From Escherichia coli (GTDB lineage: Bacteria; Pseudomonadota; Gammaproteobacteria; Enterobacterales; Enterobacteriaceae), in the NCBI RefSeq assembly GCF_003334355.1, contig NZ_QOWP01000012.1: DNA of 64,000 bases. One strand, given 5' to 3'. The first letter of the stretch is position 1; each line of letters opens with the position of its first letter. A program made the position numbers and the translations under genes. The notes below the pieces were generated by a model. It ran no database searches. It saw nothing but the letters and a program-made list of their open reading frames with translations, and was not told where the DNA came from. Of the stretch, positions 12,238-24,228 are shown piece after piece.

Positions 12238-13776
12238 TTATTGCAAATCCGCGTCTTCAAAGCTAAAGCCGGTGTCTGGCATGATCCAAAAACCGGTCAG
12301 GTTTTTACTGTGTGCCGACACCAGTTTTTCTACCACCAGCGGGATCCACGGCGACTCTTGCCAGATGATATCCTGCGCCGCCTTATATAAGCGGGTCTTT
12401 TCCGCCGGATCATTAGTTTTCAGTGCCTGAGCCAGGAAGTCATCCACCTGTTTATTGCTGTAAAACGCGGTATTAAACAGCGTCGGTGGCCAGTTCTGCG
12501 AGGCAAACAGCGGCGATAGTGCCCAGTCCGCTTCGCCGGTTGAAGCCGACCAGCCAGTGTAGAACATCCGCACGCCGCTCTCTTTTTGCCCTTTACCTTC
12601 AACTTCTGCCGCCCGCTGTCCGGCATCCATCGCAGTCACCTGGGCTTTAATCCCGACCTGCGCTAACTGCTGCTGGGTAAATTGCAGCACTTTCTGCGCG
12701 GTGCTGTGGTTATGTGACGACCACAGCGTGGTACTGAAACCGTTGGGATATCCCGCCTCTTTCAGTAATTCGCGCGCTTTCACTGGATCGTAAGGCCACG
12801 GTTTATAACTTTGCGCGTAGGCGATACTTGGCGGTACCACACCAGTAGCTGGCGTTGCATAGCCCGCAAAGGCAACTTTCACCAGCGCCGGACGGTTAAT
12901 GGCGTAATTCAGCGCCTCACGGACCTTCGGGTTATCGAACGGCTTTTGCGTCACGTTCATACTGATATAACGCTGCATAATTGACGGACTGGCCATCAAC
13001 TCGATATTTTTGTTTTTCTCCAGCAGTGTGGCCTGCTCGTAAGGAATGGGGAAAGCAAACTGCGCTTCACCGGTTTGCAGCATTGCCGCGCGGGTGTTGT
13101 TATCCGCCACCGGACGCCAGGTTATGCTGTCCAGTTTGGGCAATCCTGGCTGCCAGTAACCCGCGAATTTTTTCACCTTCACAAAATCGGTCTGATTCCA
13201 GGTATCCAGTTCATACGGTCCGGTTCCCACCGGATAAAAACCAATCTCCTTGCCATATTTTTCCAGCGCTGGCGGTGAAATCATCGCGGTCGCCGGATGG
13301 GCAAGAATATTAATAAACGCTGAGAACGGCTGTTTGAGGGTAATCTTTACCGTTGTCGGATCGATCGCTTCCGTTTTAGCAATATTCTTATACAGGTTAT
13401 AGCGTTTAAGATGATTCGCCGGATCGCTGGCCCGGTCCAGATTCGCTTTCACCGCCGCGGCGTTGAAATCGGTGCCATCCTGGAATTTAATGCCTTCCCG
13501 CAATTTCACGGTGTAAGTAATGCCGTCATCGGAAACGGTATAACTCTCCGCCAGCACGTTTTTCAGTTTCATCTCTTTATCCAGACCGAACAGCCCCTGG
13601 TAAAACGATTTCGCTACGGCCTGAGATAACGTGTCATTTGCGTCATACGGATCGAGCGTGGTGAAATTCGATCCTACCGCCACCACCACATCTTTGGCAG
13701 CGAATGCACAAGATGCCATCAACGCTGTCGCAATGCCCAGCGCCACTAACCCACTACGGTGTACAGCTCTTGCCAT
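12238..13776 (-). CDS. gsiB: Glutathione-binding periplasmic protein GsiB
   Basis: ORF 12238..14043; start placed at [14 protein letters not shown] (signal peptide); 512 aa; SBP family 5. Confidence 0.92.
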   Translation of the reverse strand: MARAVHRSGLVALGIATALMASCAFAAKDVVVAVGSNFTTLDPYDANDTLSQAVAKSFYQGLFGLDKEMKLKNVLAESYTVSDDGITYTVKLREGIKFQDGTDFNAAAVKANLDRASDPANHLKRYNLYKNIAKTEAIDPTTVKITLKQPFSAFINILAHPATAMISPPALEKYGKEIGFYPVGTGPYELDTWNQTDFVKVKKFAGYWQPGLPKLDSITWRPVADNNTRAAMLQTGEAQFAFPIPYEQATLLEKNKNIELMASPSIMQRYISMNVTQKPFDNPKVREALNYAINRPALVKVAFAGYATPATGVVPPSIAYAQSYKPWPYDPVKARELLKEAGYPNGFSTTLWSSHNHSTAQKVLQFTQQQLAQVGIKAQVTAMDAGQRAAEVEGKGQKESGVRMFYTGWSASTGEADWALSPLFASQNWPPTLFNTAFYSNKQVDDFLAQALKTNDPAEKTRLYKAAQDIIWQESPWIPLVVEKLVSAHSKNLTGFWIMPDTGFSFEDADLQ

Positions 13777-13795
13777 TTTATTCTCCGCCTGAATG

Positions 13796-15667
13796 TTATC
13801 TACGCATGAATGCGTATTCTGATTGTGGTTGTGCGACGTAATGCCCCGGCCCGACGCATTGCAACGAGACGGCTGCCACCTCTTCGCCACGCAGATGAAT
13901 ATTGCTGGGAAGATCGTCCGACAGCAGTACACGCTGCGGTCGTTGTCGGGACGGTTCAGCGACCGGAACTGCCGCCAGTAATTTACGCGTATAAGGATGC
14001 TGCGGGTTTTCGAAGACCGCGCGCCGTGGACCAATTTCAACAATTTGCCCGAGATACATCACCGCCACACGATGACTAATCCGCTCTACCACGGCCATAT
14101 CGTGGGAGATAAACAGATACGCAATGCCGAAATCACGCTGGAGATCGAGCAACAAGTTGATAATCTGCCCGCGAATAGAAACATCCAGCGCCGAAACGGC
14201 TTCGTCGGCAATGATCACTTTTGGATTCAATGCCAACGCGCGAGCAATGCAGATGCGCTGGCGCTGACCGCCGGAAAACTCATGCGGGTAACGCCAGGCA
14301 TGTTCAGGTAACAGGCCCACGCGCTCCAGCAACCACGCAACGCGTGCAGCCGCGTCTTTACCTGGCAATAAACCGTGTACACGCAGCGGTTCGATAATCG
14401 AATCACCGATGGTCTGACGTGGGTCCAGCGAAGCGTAAGGGTCCTGAAAAATAAACTGAATATCCCGGCGCAATGCCTGAAGTTTGCCGGGTGACAAGGT
14501 ATCGATTCTCTGACCGTTAAAGATAATTTCGCCGCCCTGCGATTCGACCAGGCGCAGCAACGCCCGCCCGGTAGTGGATTTACCGCTGCCAGACTCGCCC
14601 ACCAGCGATAGCGTTTCGCCAGGCCAGAGATCAAAACTGACTTTCTCAACGGCATGCACTTCCCGCGTTACGCGATTCAACAAACCGCTGCGCAAAGGGA
14701 AACGGGTGACAAGATTACGCACTCGTAAAACAGGTTCGCCATCCACCACCGTTTTCTGCTCGATGGGGGGGGCCTGTTTCGCTGGATGTTCAAGCGATAT
14801 CAACGGGAAACGTCGGGGATAATCTAACCCTTTCATCGCACCAAGTTGCGGAACAGCAGCTAACAGCGCACGGGTGTAAGGATGTTGCGGTGCATGAAAA
14901 ATCTGTTCGACGGTACCCGTTTCCACCGCCTCGCCCTGATACATCACCAGTACCCGATCGGCAATCTCTGCCACCACGCCCATATCGTGAGTGATAAAGA
15001 TAACGCCCATCGACATCTCTTTTTGCAATACTTTGATTAATTGCAGGATCTGCGCCTGAATAGTGACATCCAGCGCGGTGGTTGGCTCATCGGCAATCAG
15101 CACCGCCGGGCGGCATGACAGCGCCATCGCAATCATCACTCGCTGGCGCATCCCGCCAGAGAGTTGATGCGGATAACGTGAAAGAATGGTTTGTGCCTCA
15201 GGAATGCGTACCTGATCCAGCATCCGCTTCGCCTCGACCATCGCTTCTTCACGACTGGCGTTCTGATGCAGACGAATTGATTCGGCAATCTGTTCACCCA
15301 CAGTAAATACCGGGTTCAGCGATGTCATCGGCTCCTGAAATATCATCGCCATATCCGCACCGCGAACATGGCGCATTTGTGCAGCGTTCTGCTCGCTAAG
15401 TTCAATCACTTCGCGACTGCGCCGCTGCAACAGCATTTTATCGCACTGTACTAAACCGCCCGCCTGTTCCAACAGGCGCATCAATGCCAACGCAGTCACT
15501 GACTTACCGGAGCCGGATTCGCCAACAATTGCCAGCGTCTCACCGCGTTGCAGACTAAAAGAGAGATTGCGGACCGCAGCTATTTTCTGCTGGTCCTGCA
15601 TAAAGGCAATATTCAGATTTTCAACCGCCAGCACATTACCGGCATCAAGTTCATCACTGTGTGGCAA
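13796..15667 (-). CDS. gsiA: Glutathione ABC transporter ATPase GsiA (two ATPase domains)
   Basis: Two Walker A motifs (GESGSGKS twice); start placed at TTG (15665..15667) giving MPHSDELD and 623 aa; overlaps iaaA 3' end by 14 bp. Confidence 0.88.
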   Translation of the reverse strand: MPHSDELDAGNVLAVENLNIAFMQDQQKIAAVRNLSFSLQRGETLAIVGESGSGKSVTALALMRLLEQAGGLVQCDKMLLQRRSREVIELSEQNAAQMRHVRGADMAMIFQEPMTSLNPVFTVGEQIAESIRLHQNASREEAMVEAKRMLDQVRIPEAQTILSRYPHQLSGGMRQRVMIAMALSCRPAVLIADEPTTALDVTIQAQILQLIKVLQKEMSMGVIFITHDMGVVAEIADRVLVMYQGEAVETGTVEQIFHAPQHPYTRALLAAVPQLGAMKGLDYPRRFPLISLEHPAKQAPPIEQKTVVDGEPVLRVRNLVTRFPLRSGLLNRVTREVHAVEKVSFDLWPGETLSLVGESGSGKSTTGRALLRLVESQGGEIIFNGQRIDTLSPGKLQALRRDIQFIFQDPYASLDPRQTIGDSIIEPLRVHGLLPGKDAAARVAWLLERVGLLPEHAWRYPHEFSGGQRQRICIARALALNPKVIIADEAVSALDVSIRGQIINLLLDLQRDFGIAYLFISHDMAVVERISHRVAVMYLGQIVEIGPRRAVFENPQHPYTRKLLAAVPVAEPSRQRPQRVLLSDDLPSNIHLRGEEVAAVSLQCVGPGHYVAQPQSEYAFMRR

Positions 15668-16619
15668 CGGTGTCCCCTTTTTCACGGTAGATACCGGTGA
15701 TTGGCGTATCGCCTGCGTAGCCCCAGGCGCGATACATTCCTTCGGTGTTAAACGGTAGCGCGACATTCCCTTCATGGTCGATAGCGATTAAGCCACCGCT
15801 ACCGCCAAGCGCAGGGAGTTTTTCCATTACTACCCGCTCGCAGGCTTCCGCGAGACTTAATCCGCCGTAATCCATTAACGCGGCGATGTCATATGCCGCC
15901 AGCGCGCGGATGAAGACTTCGCCCGTGCCGGTACAAGAAACCGCCACACTGGCGTTATTGGCGTAGCATCCGGCACCCACTAAGGGACTATCGCCAACTC
16001 GTCCGGGTAATTTATTGGTCATTCCGCCTGTGGACGTGGCTGCCGCCAAATTGCCGTCTAAATCCAACGCCACGGCCCCCACGGTGCCCATTTTCTGTTT
16101 TTCATCCAGTGGCGCACCGCTATGGTCGAGGACGGTTGCCCCTTCCTTGCGCGCTGCCAGTAGTTGTTCATAACGCAAAGGCGTGGAGAAAATCTCCGGC
16201 GAGACGCGCTCCATGCCACGAGCAAACGCAAAATTTTCTGCCCCTTCGCCAATCATCATCACATGCGGGCTTTGCTCCATCACCAGCCGGGCGGCAAGAA
16301 CCGGATTACGCAGATGACTAACGCCCGCCACCGCACCGGCTTTCAGGGTGTTACCATCCATCACACAGGCGTCCAGTTCATGGGTTTCATCACGCGTAAA
16401 GACAGCGCCAATTCCGGCGTTAAACAGTGGACACTCTTCCAGCAGACGCACCGCTTCCGTCACCACATCCAGCGCACTTTCGCCCGCTTCCAGCATTTTC
16501 TGCCCGGTTTCAACAATGGCAGACAACGCCTCAATGTAGCGTAATTCCTGTTGCAGACTCATCTGCGCGCGGCTAATTGCACCTGCGCCACCATGAATTG
16601 CAATGACTGCTTTGCCCAT
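15654..16619 (-). CDS. iaaA: Isoaspartyl dipeptidase / L-asparaginase IaaA (Ntn hydrolase)
   Basis: 321-aa ORF; Ntn-hydrolase autoprocessing region (GTVGAVALD); recognised sequence. Confidence 0.94.
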   Translation of the reverse strand: MGKAVIAIHGGAGAISRAQMSLQQELRYIEALSAIVETGQKMLEAGESALDVVTEAVRLLEECPLFNAGIGAVFTRDETHELDACVMDGNTLKAGAVAGVSHLRNPVLAARLVMEQSPHVMMIGEGAENFAFARGMERVSPEIFSTPLRYEQLLAARKEGATVLDHSGAPLDEKQKMGTVGAVALDLDGNLAAATSTGGMTNKLPGRVGDSPLVGAGCYANNASVAVSCTGTGEVFIRALAAYDIAALMDYGGLSLAEACERVVMEKLPALGGSGGLIAIDHEGNVALPFNTEGMYRAWGYAGDTPITGIYREKGDTVATQ

Positions 16620-16822
16620 AGTATTCGTCCATTAAGGGTGGCTCGCCACTTTTGCTATAAATATCAGAATTTTTATGAATTACTCATTCAATTTTTGAAT
16701 ATAGAAAGATGGATATGGCATGTAAAGGCAGGAGCCAACGCTACGCCCGAGGTGGCATACAGTCTGTGGCGTTTTTCTGACATAATAGGCAAATTCGATT
16801 TTGCCTCCGCAGGAGTGTTTTC

Positions 16823-18058
16823 ATGGAATTTACCACCGGATTGATGTCGCTCGACACCGCGCTTAATGAGATGCTTTCTCGCGTTACCCCATTGACCACC
16901 CAGGAAACGCTGCCACTGGTACAGTGTTTTGGTCGTATTCTGGCGAGCGATGTCGTTTCGCCGCTTGATGTTCCGGGGTTTGACAACTCCGCAATGGACG
17001 GCTACGCGGTGCGTTTAGCCGATATTGCCTCCGGGCAACCGCTGCCCGTTGCCGGTAAATCCTTTGCCGGTCAGCCATACCATGGTGAATGGCCTGCGGG
17101 CACCTGCATTCGTATTATGACCGGTGCGCCGGTGCCGGAAGGCTGCGAAGCGGTGGTGATGCAGGAGCAGACTGAACAAACGGACAATGGCGTGCGTTTT
17201 ACTGCTGAAGTGCGTAGCGGGCAAAATATTCGCCGTCGCGGTGAAGATATCTCTGCAGGTGCGGTTGTTTTCCCGGCGGGAACTCGCCTGACTACCGCTG
17301 AACTGCCAGTGATTGCTTCACTGGGGATTGCCGAAGTTCCGGTGATTCGTAAAGTGCGTGTAGCGCTTTTTTCTACCGGTGATGAACTCCAGTTGCCCGG
17401 TCAGCCACTGGGCGATGGCCAAATCTACGATACCAACCGTCTCGCCGTACACCTGATGTTAGAACAGCTGGGTTGCGAGGTAATCAACTTAGGGATTATC
17501 CGCGACGATCCCCATGCCCTGCGCGCCGCATTTATTGAAGCCGACAGCCAGGCGGATGTAGTGATCAGTTCCGGCGGTGTTTCAGTGGGTGAAGCGGATT
17601 ACACCAAAACGATTCTTGAAGAGCTGGGGGAGATCGCCTTCTGGAAGCTGGCGATTAAACCAGGTAAACCGTTCGCGTTCGGTAAACTCAGCAATAGCTG
17701 GTTCTGCGGCCTGCCGGGCAACCCGGTTTCAGCGACGCTGACCTTCTATCAACTGGTACAGCCTTTGCTGGCAAAACTAAGCGGCAACACCGCCAGCGGC
17801 CTGCCCGCGCGCCAGCGCGTACGCACAGCGTCCCGCCTGAAAAAAACGCCAGGACGTCTTGATTTCCAGCGCGGCGTGCTGCACCGCAACGCCGATGGCG
17901 AACTGGAAGTGACGACCACCGGACATCAGGGCTCACATATATTCAGCTCCTTTAGCCTCGGCAACTGCTTTATCGTACTGGAACGCGATCGCGGCAATGT
18001 GGAAGTGGGCGAATGGGTGGAAGTAGAACCGTTTAACGCGTTGTTCGGAGGCCTGTAA
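16823..18058 (+). CDS. moeA: Molybdopterin molybdenumtransferase MoeA
   Basis: 411-aa ORF; recognised sequence; stop overlaps moeB start (ATG at 18058). Confidence 0.95.
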   Translation: MEFTTGLMSLDTALNEMLSRVTPLTTQETLPLVQCFGRILASDVVSPLDVPGFDNSAMDGYAVRLADIASGQPLPVAGKSFAGQPYHGEWPAGTCIRIMTGAPVPEGCEAVVMQEQTEQTDNGVRFTAEVRSGQNIRRRGEDISAGAVVFPAGTRLTTAELPVIASLGIAEVPVIRKVRVALFSTGDELQLPGQPLGDGQIYDTNRLAVHLMLEQLGCEVINLGIIRDDPHALRAAFIEADSQADVVISSGGVSVGEADYTKTILEELGEIAFWKLAIKPGKPFAFGKLSNSWFCGLPGNPVSATLTFYQLVQPLLAKLSGNTASGLPARQRVRTASRLKKTPGRLDFQRGVLHRNADGELEVTTTGHQGSHIFSSFSLGNCFIVLERDRGNVEVGEWVEVEPFNALFGGL

Positions 18059-18807
18059 TGGCGGAACTCAGCGATCAGGAGATGCTGCGCTACAACCGGC
18101 AAATCATTCTGCGCGGTTTTGATTTTGACGGTCAGGAGGCGCTAAAAGATTCTCGTGTGCTGGTAGTCGGCCTCGGTGGACTCGGCTGCGCAGCTTCGCA
18201 GTATCTGGCAAGCGCCGGTGTCGGCAACCTGACGCTGCTCGACTTCGACTCGGTTTCGCTCTCGAATCTGCAACGCCAGACGCTGCACAGTGATGCCACG
18301 GTCGGGCAACCGAAGGTGGAATCCGCCCGTGACGCCCTGGCGCGGATCAATCCACATATCGCGATTACGCCAGTCAATGCACTGCTGGATGACGCAGAAC
18401 TTGCAGCATTGATTGCTGAACACGATCTGGTGCTCGACTGTACGGATAACGTTGCGGTACGTAATCAACTGAACGCAGGCTGTTTTGCCGCGAAGGTGCC
18501 GCTGGTTTCCGGCGCGGCAATTCGTATGGAAGGGCAAATCACGGTCTTCACTTATCAGGACGGCGAACCGTGCTATCGCTGCCTTAGCCGTTTGTTTGGC
18601 GAGAACGCATTAACCTGCGTAGAAGCAGGCGTGATGGCACCGTTGATCGGCGTAATTGGTTCGTTGCAGGCAATGGAAGCGATCAAACTGCTGGCAGGTT
18701 ATGGCAAACCGGCCAGCGGGAAAATCGTCATGTACGATGCGATGACCTGTCAGTTTCGCGAAATGAAACTGATGCGCAATCCGGGGTGTGAGGTGTGCGG
18801 GCAGTAA
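18058..18807 (+). CDS. moeB: Molybdopterin-synthase adenylyltransferase MoeB
   Basis: 249-aa ORF; ThiF/MoeB nucleotide-binding motif (GLGGLGC) and C-terminal CxxC pairs. Confidence 0.95.
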   Translation: MAELSDQEMLRYNRQIILRGFDFDGQEALKDSRVLVVGLGGLGCAASQYLASAGVGNLTLLDFDSVSLSNLQRQTLHSDATVGQPKVESARDALARINPHIAITPVNALLDDAELAALIAEHDLVLDCTDNVAVRNQLNAGCFAAKVPLVSGAAIRMEGQITVFTYQDGEPCYRCLSRLFGENALTCVEAGVMAPLIGVIGSLQAMEAIKLLAGYGKPASGKIVMYDAMTCQFREMKLMRNPGCEVCGQ

Positions 18808-18820
18808 TTGCCACCTCCAG

Positions 18821-18900
18821 GCCTGATAAGACGCGACAAGCGTCGCATCAGGCATTTGCTCCAGACGCCAGATGCGGCGTGAACGCCTTATCTGGCCTAC
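18821..18900. repeat. REP/BIME element (two inverted REP units) between convergent moeB and fsaA
   Basis: gcctgataagacgcg...cgtcgcatcaggc and gccagatgcggcgtgaacgccttatctggcctac. Confidence 0.8.
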
Positions 18901-18985
18901 GGTTCGGGCACAGATTTCCAAGCGCGGCAGGCATCGGTGCACTCCGCCACGTCATCAGCAATTTATGAGGATGCAGAACGTCCGG

Positions 18986-19648
18986 TTAAATCGACGTTCT
19001 GCCAAACGCTCCCTGCCAGTCCTGCTCAAACTTCGCCACAGCGGCTTCCACCGCCGGATAGCTAATCATCTGTTGTGCCACATCCAGTGGCAGAGTAATT
19101 GATTCACATCCTGCCAGTAAGCAGTCCAGCGCCTGACGCGGGGTTTTGAAACTCGCTGCCAGCACTTTCGCCTGCGGCGCATGCATTTTCAATAACTGGT
19201 GTAAGTCGGTCACAGTCTGAATGCCGCTACCGCCCTGAGCATCAATACGATTAACGTAAGGCGCAACATATTCCGCACCTGCCAGCGCCGACAGCAGCCC
19301 TTGTGCTGCGCCATATACCGCGGTTCCCAGCGTTGGAATCCCTTCCGCTTTTAACATCTTAATAGCTGCCAGCCCCTCGGCGGTCACCGGAACTTTCACC
19401 ACGATATCCGCAATAATAGAACGCAATTTACGTGCGTCATTCACCATCCCTTCAGCAGTGGTAGCCATTACCTGGGCAAACAGACGCCCCTGACCGCCCA
19501 TCGCTTCATGAAGTTGCGGAAGCACAACATCCAGCGGTTTTTTACCCGCGGCGATAATGCTTGGGTTAGTGGTCACACCCGCCAGCGGAAAAATACGTGA
19601 CAGCGCCTTCACCGCAACAACGTCTGAAGTATCCAGATACAGTTCCAT
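18986..19648 (-). CDS. fsaA: Fructose-6-phosphate aldolase 1 (FsaA)
   Basis: ORF 18986..19720; start placed at [12 protein letters not shown]; 220 aa; transaldolase-like fold. Confidence 0.93.
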   Translation of the reverse strand: MELYLDTSDVVAVKALSRIFPLAGVTTNPSIIAAGKKPLDVVLPQLHEAMGGQGRLFAQVMATTAEGMVNDARKLRSIIADIVVKVPVTAEGLAAIKMLKAEGIPTLGTAVYGAAQGLLSALAGAEYVAPYVNRIDAQGGSGIQTVTDLHQLLKMHAPQAKVLAASFKTPRQALDCLLAGCESITLPLDVAQQMISYPAVEAAVAKFEQDWQGAFGRTSI

Positions 19649-19778
19649 AACCATCCTCAAAATGTACTTTTTGTCTGAATGTAGACTATCACGGGAAAAC
19701 TCTCTGAACAGTTGACGCACATCAATCTAACTTTCATTCGAAAGTATTTTAATGCTTGAACGAAATAGAGAGGCAACT

Positions 19779-20678
19779 ATGATTTTCAATATTCAGCGCT
19801 ACTCGACCCATGATGGCCCCGGTATCCGCACGGTCGTATTTCTTAAAGGCTGTTCGCTGGGCTGCCGCTGGTGTCAGAACCCGGAAAGCCGCGCCCGCAC
19901 GCAGGATCTGCTGTATGACGCACGACTGTGTCTGGAAGGCTGCGAGCTGTGCGCTAAGGCCGCGCCGGAAGTGATTGAGCGCGCGCTGAATGGTTTGCTT
20001 ATTCATCGGGAAAAGTTAACCCCGGAGCATCTGACGGCGTTAACCGACTGCTGTCCGACACAGGCATTAACCGTGTGTGGTGAAGTGAAAAGCGTTGAGG
20101 AGATCATGACGACCGTTCTGCGCGATAAACCGTTTTACGATCGCAGCGGCGGCGGTTTAACGCTTTCGGGTGGTGAGCCCTTTATGCAGCCGGAAATGGC
20201 GATGGCGCTACTGCAAGCCAGCCACGAGGCAGGCATTCATACTGCGGTAGAAACCTGTCTGCATGTGCCGTGGAAATATATCGCCCCTTCTCTGCCCTAT
20301 ATCGATCTGTTTCTTGCCGATTTAAAACACGTTGCCGACGCGCCGTTTAAACAGTGGACCGACGGTAACGCCGCCAGAGTGCTGGATAACCTGAAAAAAC
20401 TCGCCGCAGCGGGCAAAAAAATCATTATCCGCGTGCCGCTGATTCAGGGCTTTAATGCCGACGAAACCTCTGTAAAAGCCATTACCGATTTTGCCGCCGA
20501 CGAGCTGCACGTTGGCGAAATTCATTTTCTGCCCTACCACACGCTGGGCATCAACAAATATCACTTACTTAATCTGCCCTATGACGCCCCGGAAAAACCG
20601 CTTGATGCGCCAGAACTGCTCGACTTTGCCCAGCAGTATGCCTGCCAGAAAGGGTTAACCGCGACCTTACGAGGATAA
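19779..20678 (+). CDS. ybiY: Glycyl-radical enzyme activating protein YbiY (PflE), radical SAM
   Basis: CxxxCxxC radical-SAM motif (CSLGCRWC) near the N-terminus; RBS gagagg 5 nt upstream of ATG 19779; alternative upstream ATG at 19752 lacks an RBS. Confidence 0.9.
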
Positions 20679-20683
20679 CAACC

Positions 20684-23116
20684 ATGACCACACTGAAACT
20701 GGACACGCTCAGCGACCGCATTAAAGCGCACAAAAATGCGCTGGTGCATATTGTGAAACCGCCAGTCTGTACCGAGCGCGCGCAGCACTATACCGAGATG
20801 TATCAACAACATCTCGATAAGCCGATCCCGGTACGTCGCGCGCTGGCACTGGCGCATCACCTGGCGAATCGCACCATCTGGATCAAACACGATGAGTTGA
20901 TCATTGGCAACCAGGCAAGCGAAGTTCGCGCCGCGCCGATCTTCCCGGAATATACTGTCTCGTGGATCGAAAAAGAGATTGATGATCTGGCAGATCGTCC
21001 CGGTGCTGGCTTTGCGGTGAGCGAAGAGAACAAACGCGTTCTGCATGAAGTGTGCCCGTGGTGGCGCGGTCAGACCGTACAGGATCGCTGCTACGGCATG
21101 TTTACCGATGAGCAAAAAGGTCTGCTGGCGACCGGAATCATTAAAGCGGAAGGCAATATGACCTCCGGCGATGCGCACCTGGCGGTGAATTTCCCGCTGC
21201 TGCTGGAAAAAGGGCTTGATGGTCTGCGCGAGAAAGTAGCGGAACGTCGCTCGCGCATCAACCTGACGGTGCTGGAAGATTTACACGGTGAGCAATTCCT
21301 GAAAGCGATTGATATCGTGCTGGTGGCAGTCAGTGAACACATTGAACGTTTCGCTGCCCTGGCGCGTGAAATGGCCGCGACCGAAACCCGCGAAAGCCGT
21401 CGCGATGAACTGCTGGCGATGGCAGAAAACTGCGATCTTATCGCCCACCAGCCGCCGCAGACTTTCTGGCAGGCGCTGCAACTGTGTTACTTCATCCAGT
21501 TGATTTTGCAGATCGAATCTAACGGTCACTCAGTATCGTTTGGTCGTATGGACCAGTATCTCTACCCGTACTATCGCCGCGACGTTGAACTCAACCAGAC
21601 GCTGGATCGCGAACACGCCATCGAGATGCTGCATAGCTGCTGGCTGAAACTGCTGGAAGTGAACAAGATCCGCTCCGGCTCACACTCAAAAGCCTCTGCG
21701 GGAAGTCCGCTGTATCAGAACGTCACTATTGGCGGGCAAAATCTGGTTGATGGTCAACCAATGGACGCGGTGAATCCACTCTCTTACGCGATCCTCGAAT
21801 CCTGCGGTCGCCTGCGTTCCACTCAGCCTAACCTCAGCGTGCGTTACCATGCAGGAATGAGCAACGATTTCCTCGACGCCTGCGTACAGGTGATCCGTTG
21901 CGGCTTCGGGATGCCGGCGTTCAACAACGACGAAATCGTGATCCCGGAATTTATTAAACTCGGTATTGAACCGCAGGACGCTTATGACTACGCAGCGATT
22001 GGTTGTATAGAAACCGCCGTCGGTGGCAAATGGGGCTATCGCTGTACCGGCATGAGCTTTATCAACTTCGCCCGCGTGATGCTGGCGGCGCTGGAAGGCG
22101 GGCATGATGCCACCAGCGGCAAAGTGTTCCTGCCACAAGAAAAAGCGTTGTCGGCAGGTAACTTCAACAACTTCGATGAAGTGATGGACGCGTGGGATAC
22201 GCAAATCCGTTACTACACCCGCAAATCAATCGAAATCGAATATGTCGTCGACACCATGCTGGAAGAGAACGTGCACGATATTCTCTGCTCGGCGCTGGTG
22301 GATGACTGTATTGAGCGAGCGAAAAGTATCAAGCAAGGCGGCGCGAAATATGACTGGGTTTCTGGCCTGCAGGTCGGCATTGCCAACCTCGGCAACAGCC
22401 TGGCGGCAGTGAAGAAACTGGTGTTTGAACAAGGTGCGATTGGTCAGCAACAGCTTGCTGCCGCACTGGCAGATGACTTCGACGGCCTGACTCACGAGCA
22501 GCTGCGTCAGCGGCTGATTAACGGTGCGCCGAAGTACGGCAACGACGATGATACTGTCGATACGCTGCTGGCTCGCGCTTATCAGACCTATATCGACGAA
22601 CTGAAACAGTACCATAATCCGCGCTACGGTCGTGGTCCGGTTGGCGGCAACTATTACGCGGGTACGTCATCAATCTCCGCTAACGTACCGTTTGGCGCGC
22701 AGACTATGGCAACACCGGACGGGCGTAAAGCCCACACCCCGCTGGCAGAAGGCGCAAGCCCGGCCTCCGGTACTGACCATCTTGGCCCTACTGCGGTCAT
22801 TGGCTCAGTGGGTAAACTGCCTACGGCAGCGATTCTCGGCGGCGTGTTGCTCAACCAGAAACTGAATCCGGCAACGCTGGAGAACGAATCTGACAAGCAG
22901 AAACTGATGATCCTGCTGCGTACCTTCTTTGAAGTGCATAAAGGCTGGCATATTCAGTACAACATCGTTTCCCGCGAAACGCTGCTGGATGCGAAAAAAC
23001 ATCCCGATCAGTATCGCGATCTGGTAGTGCGTGTCGCGGGCTATTCCGCGTTCTTCACCGCGCTCTCTCCAGACGCTCAGGACGATATCATCGCCCGTAC
23101 TGAACATATGCTGTAA
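20684..23116 (+). CDS. ybiW: Glycyl-radical enzyme YbiW (PflF), PFL-like
   Basis: 810-aa ORF; C-terminal glycyl-radical motif (RVAGYSAFF); PFL-like fold. Confidence 0.94.
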   Translation: MTTLKLDTLSDRIKAHKNALVHIVKPPVCTERAQHYTEMYQQHLDKPIPVRRALALAHHLANRTIWIKHDELIIGNQASEVRAAPIFPEYTVSWIEKEIDDLADRPGAGFAVSEENKRVLHEVCPWWRGQTVQDRCYGMFTDEQKGLLATGIIKAEGNMTSGDAHLAVNFPLLLEKGLDGLREKVAERRSRINLTVLEDLHGEQFLKAIDIVLVAVSEHIERFAALAREMAATETRESRRDELLAMAENCDLIAHQPPQTFWQALQLCYFIQLILQIESNGHSVSFGRMDQYLYPYYRRDVELNQTLDREHAIEMLHSCWLKLLEVNKIRSGSHSKASAGSPLYQNVTIGGQNLVDGQPMDAVNPLSYAILESCGRLRSTQPNLSVRYHAGMSNDFLDACVQVIRCGFGMPAFNNDEIVIPEFIKLGIEPQDAYDYAAIGCIETAVGGKWGYRCTGMSFINFARVMLAALEGGHDATSGKVFLPQEKALSAGNFNNFDEVMDAWDTQIRYYTRKSIEIEYVVDTMLEENVHDILCSALVDDCIERAKSIKQGGAKYDWVSGLQVGIANLGNSLAAVKKLVFEQGAIGQQQLAAALADDFDGLTHEQLRQRLINGAPKYGNDDDTVDTLLARAYQTYIDELKQYHNPRYGRGPVGGNYYAGTSSISANVPFGAQTMATPDGRKAHTPLAEGASPASGTDHLGPTAVIGSVGKLPTAAILGGVLLNQKLNPATLENESDKQKLMILLRTFFEVHKGWHIQYNIVSRETLLDAKKHPDQYRDLVVRVAGYSAFFTALSPDAQDDIIARTEHML

Positions 23117-23261
23117 TCTCCTCGGCCCGGCGGCGTCGTCGCCGGGCTAAATCATTCACATCATCAATTTCATCCTTACTTTCATTCGAAATATAATTTG
23201 TGCTCTGCGTCACATTGTTATTACACTGTTACGGTTTCATTTTCGAGCCAGGAGCACACCT

Positions 23262-24077
23262 ATGAGCGTAAAAGTTATCGTCACAGACATGGACGGTACT
23301 TTTCTTAACGACGCCAAAACGTACAACCAACCACGTTTTATGGCGCAATATCAGGAACTGAAAAAGCGCGGCATTAAGTTCGTTGTTGCCAGCGGTAATC
23401 AGTATTACCAGCTTATTTCATTCTTTCCTGAGCTAAAGGATGAGATCTCTTTTGTCGCGGAAAACGGCGCACTGGTTTACGAACATGGCAAGCAGTTGTT
23501 CCACGGCGAACTAACCCGACATGAATCGCGGATTGTTATTGGCGAGTTGCTAAAAGATAAGCAACTCAATTTTGTCGCCTGCGGTCTGCAAAGTGCATAT
23601 GTCAGCGAAAATGCCCCCGAAGCATTTGTCGCACTGATGGCAAAACACTACCATCGCCTGAAACCTGTAAAAGATTATCAGGAGATTGACGACGTACTGT
23701 TCAAGTTTTCGCTCAACCTGCCGGATGAACAAATCCCGTTAGTGATCGACAAACTGCACGTAGCGCTCGATGGCATTATGAAACCCGTTACCAGTGGTTT
23801 TGGCTTTATCGACCTGATTATTCCCGGTCTACATAAAGCAAACGGTATTTCGCGGTTACTGAAACGCTGGGATCTGTCACCGCAAAATGTGGTAGCGATT
23901 GGCGACAGCGGTAACGATGCGGAGATGCTGAAAATGGCGCGTTATTCCTTTGCGATGGGCAATGCTGCGGAAAACATTAAACAAATCGCCCGTTACGCTA
24001 CCGATGATAATAATCATGAAGGCGCGCTGAATGTGATTCAGGCGGTGCTGGATAACACATCCCCTTTTAACAGCTGA
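23262..24077 (+). CDS. ybiV: Sugar phosphatase YbiV (Cof-type HAD hydrolase)
   Basis: 271-aa ORF; HAD motif I (DMDGT) at the N-terminus and GDSGND motif. Confidence 0.93.
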
Positions 24078-24228
24078 CCTCTCTACCGGAGCCGTGCGCT
24101 CCGGTTTTCCCTTCTTTTTACATCCTGTACATCACATCAAATCATTAAACTTGCATTAACTTATTTATAACTTATATTGTCACATGCAAATCAGAATGGT
24201 TTCGAATGAAAGTTAATGAGAGGTGGTT

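Noticed and set aside
16620-16822. Possible molybdenum-cofactor riboswitch in the iaaA/moeA divergent region
   Set aside because: I could not identify the conserved Moco-motif stems here; the known Moco element in E. coli precedes moaA, which lies beyond the window end.
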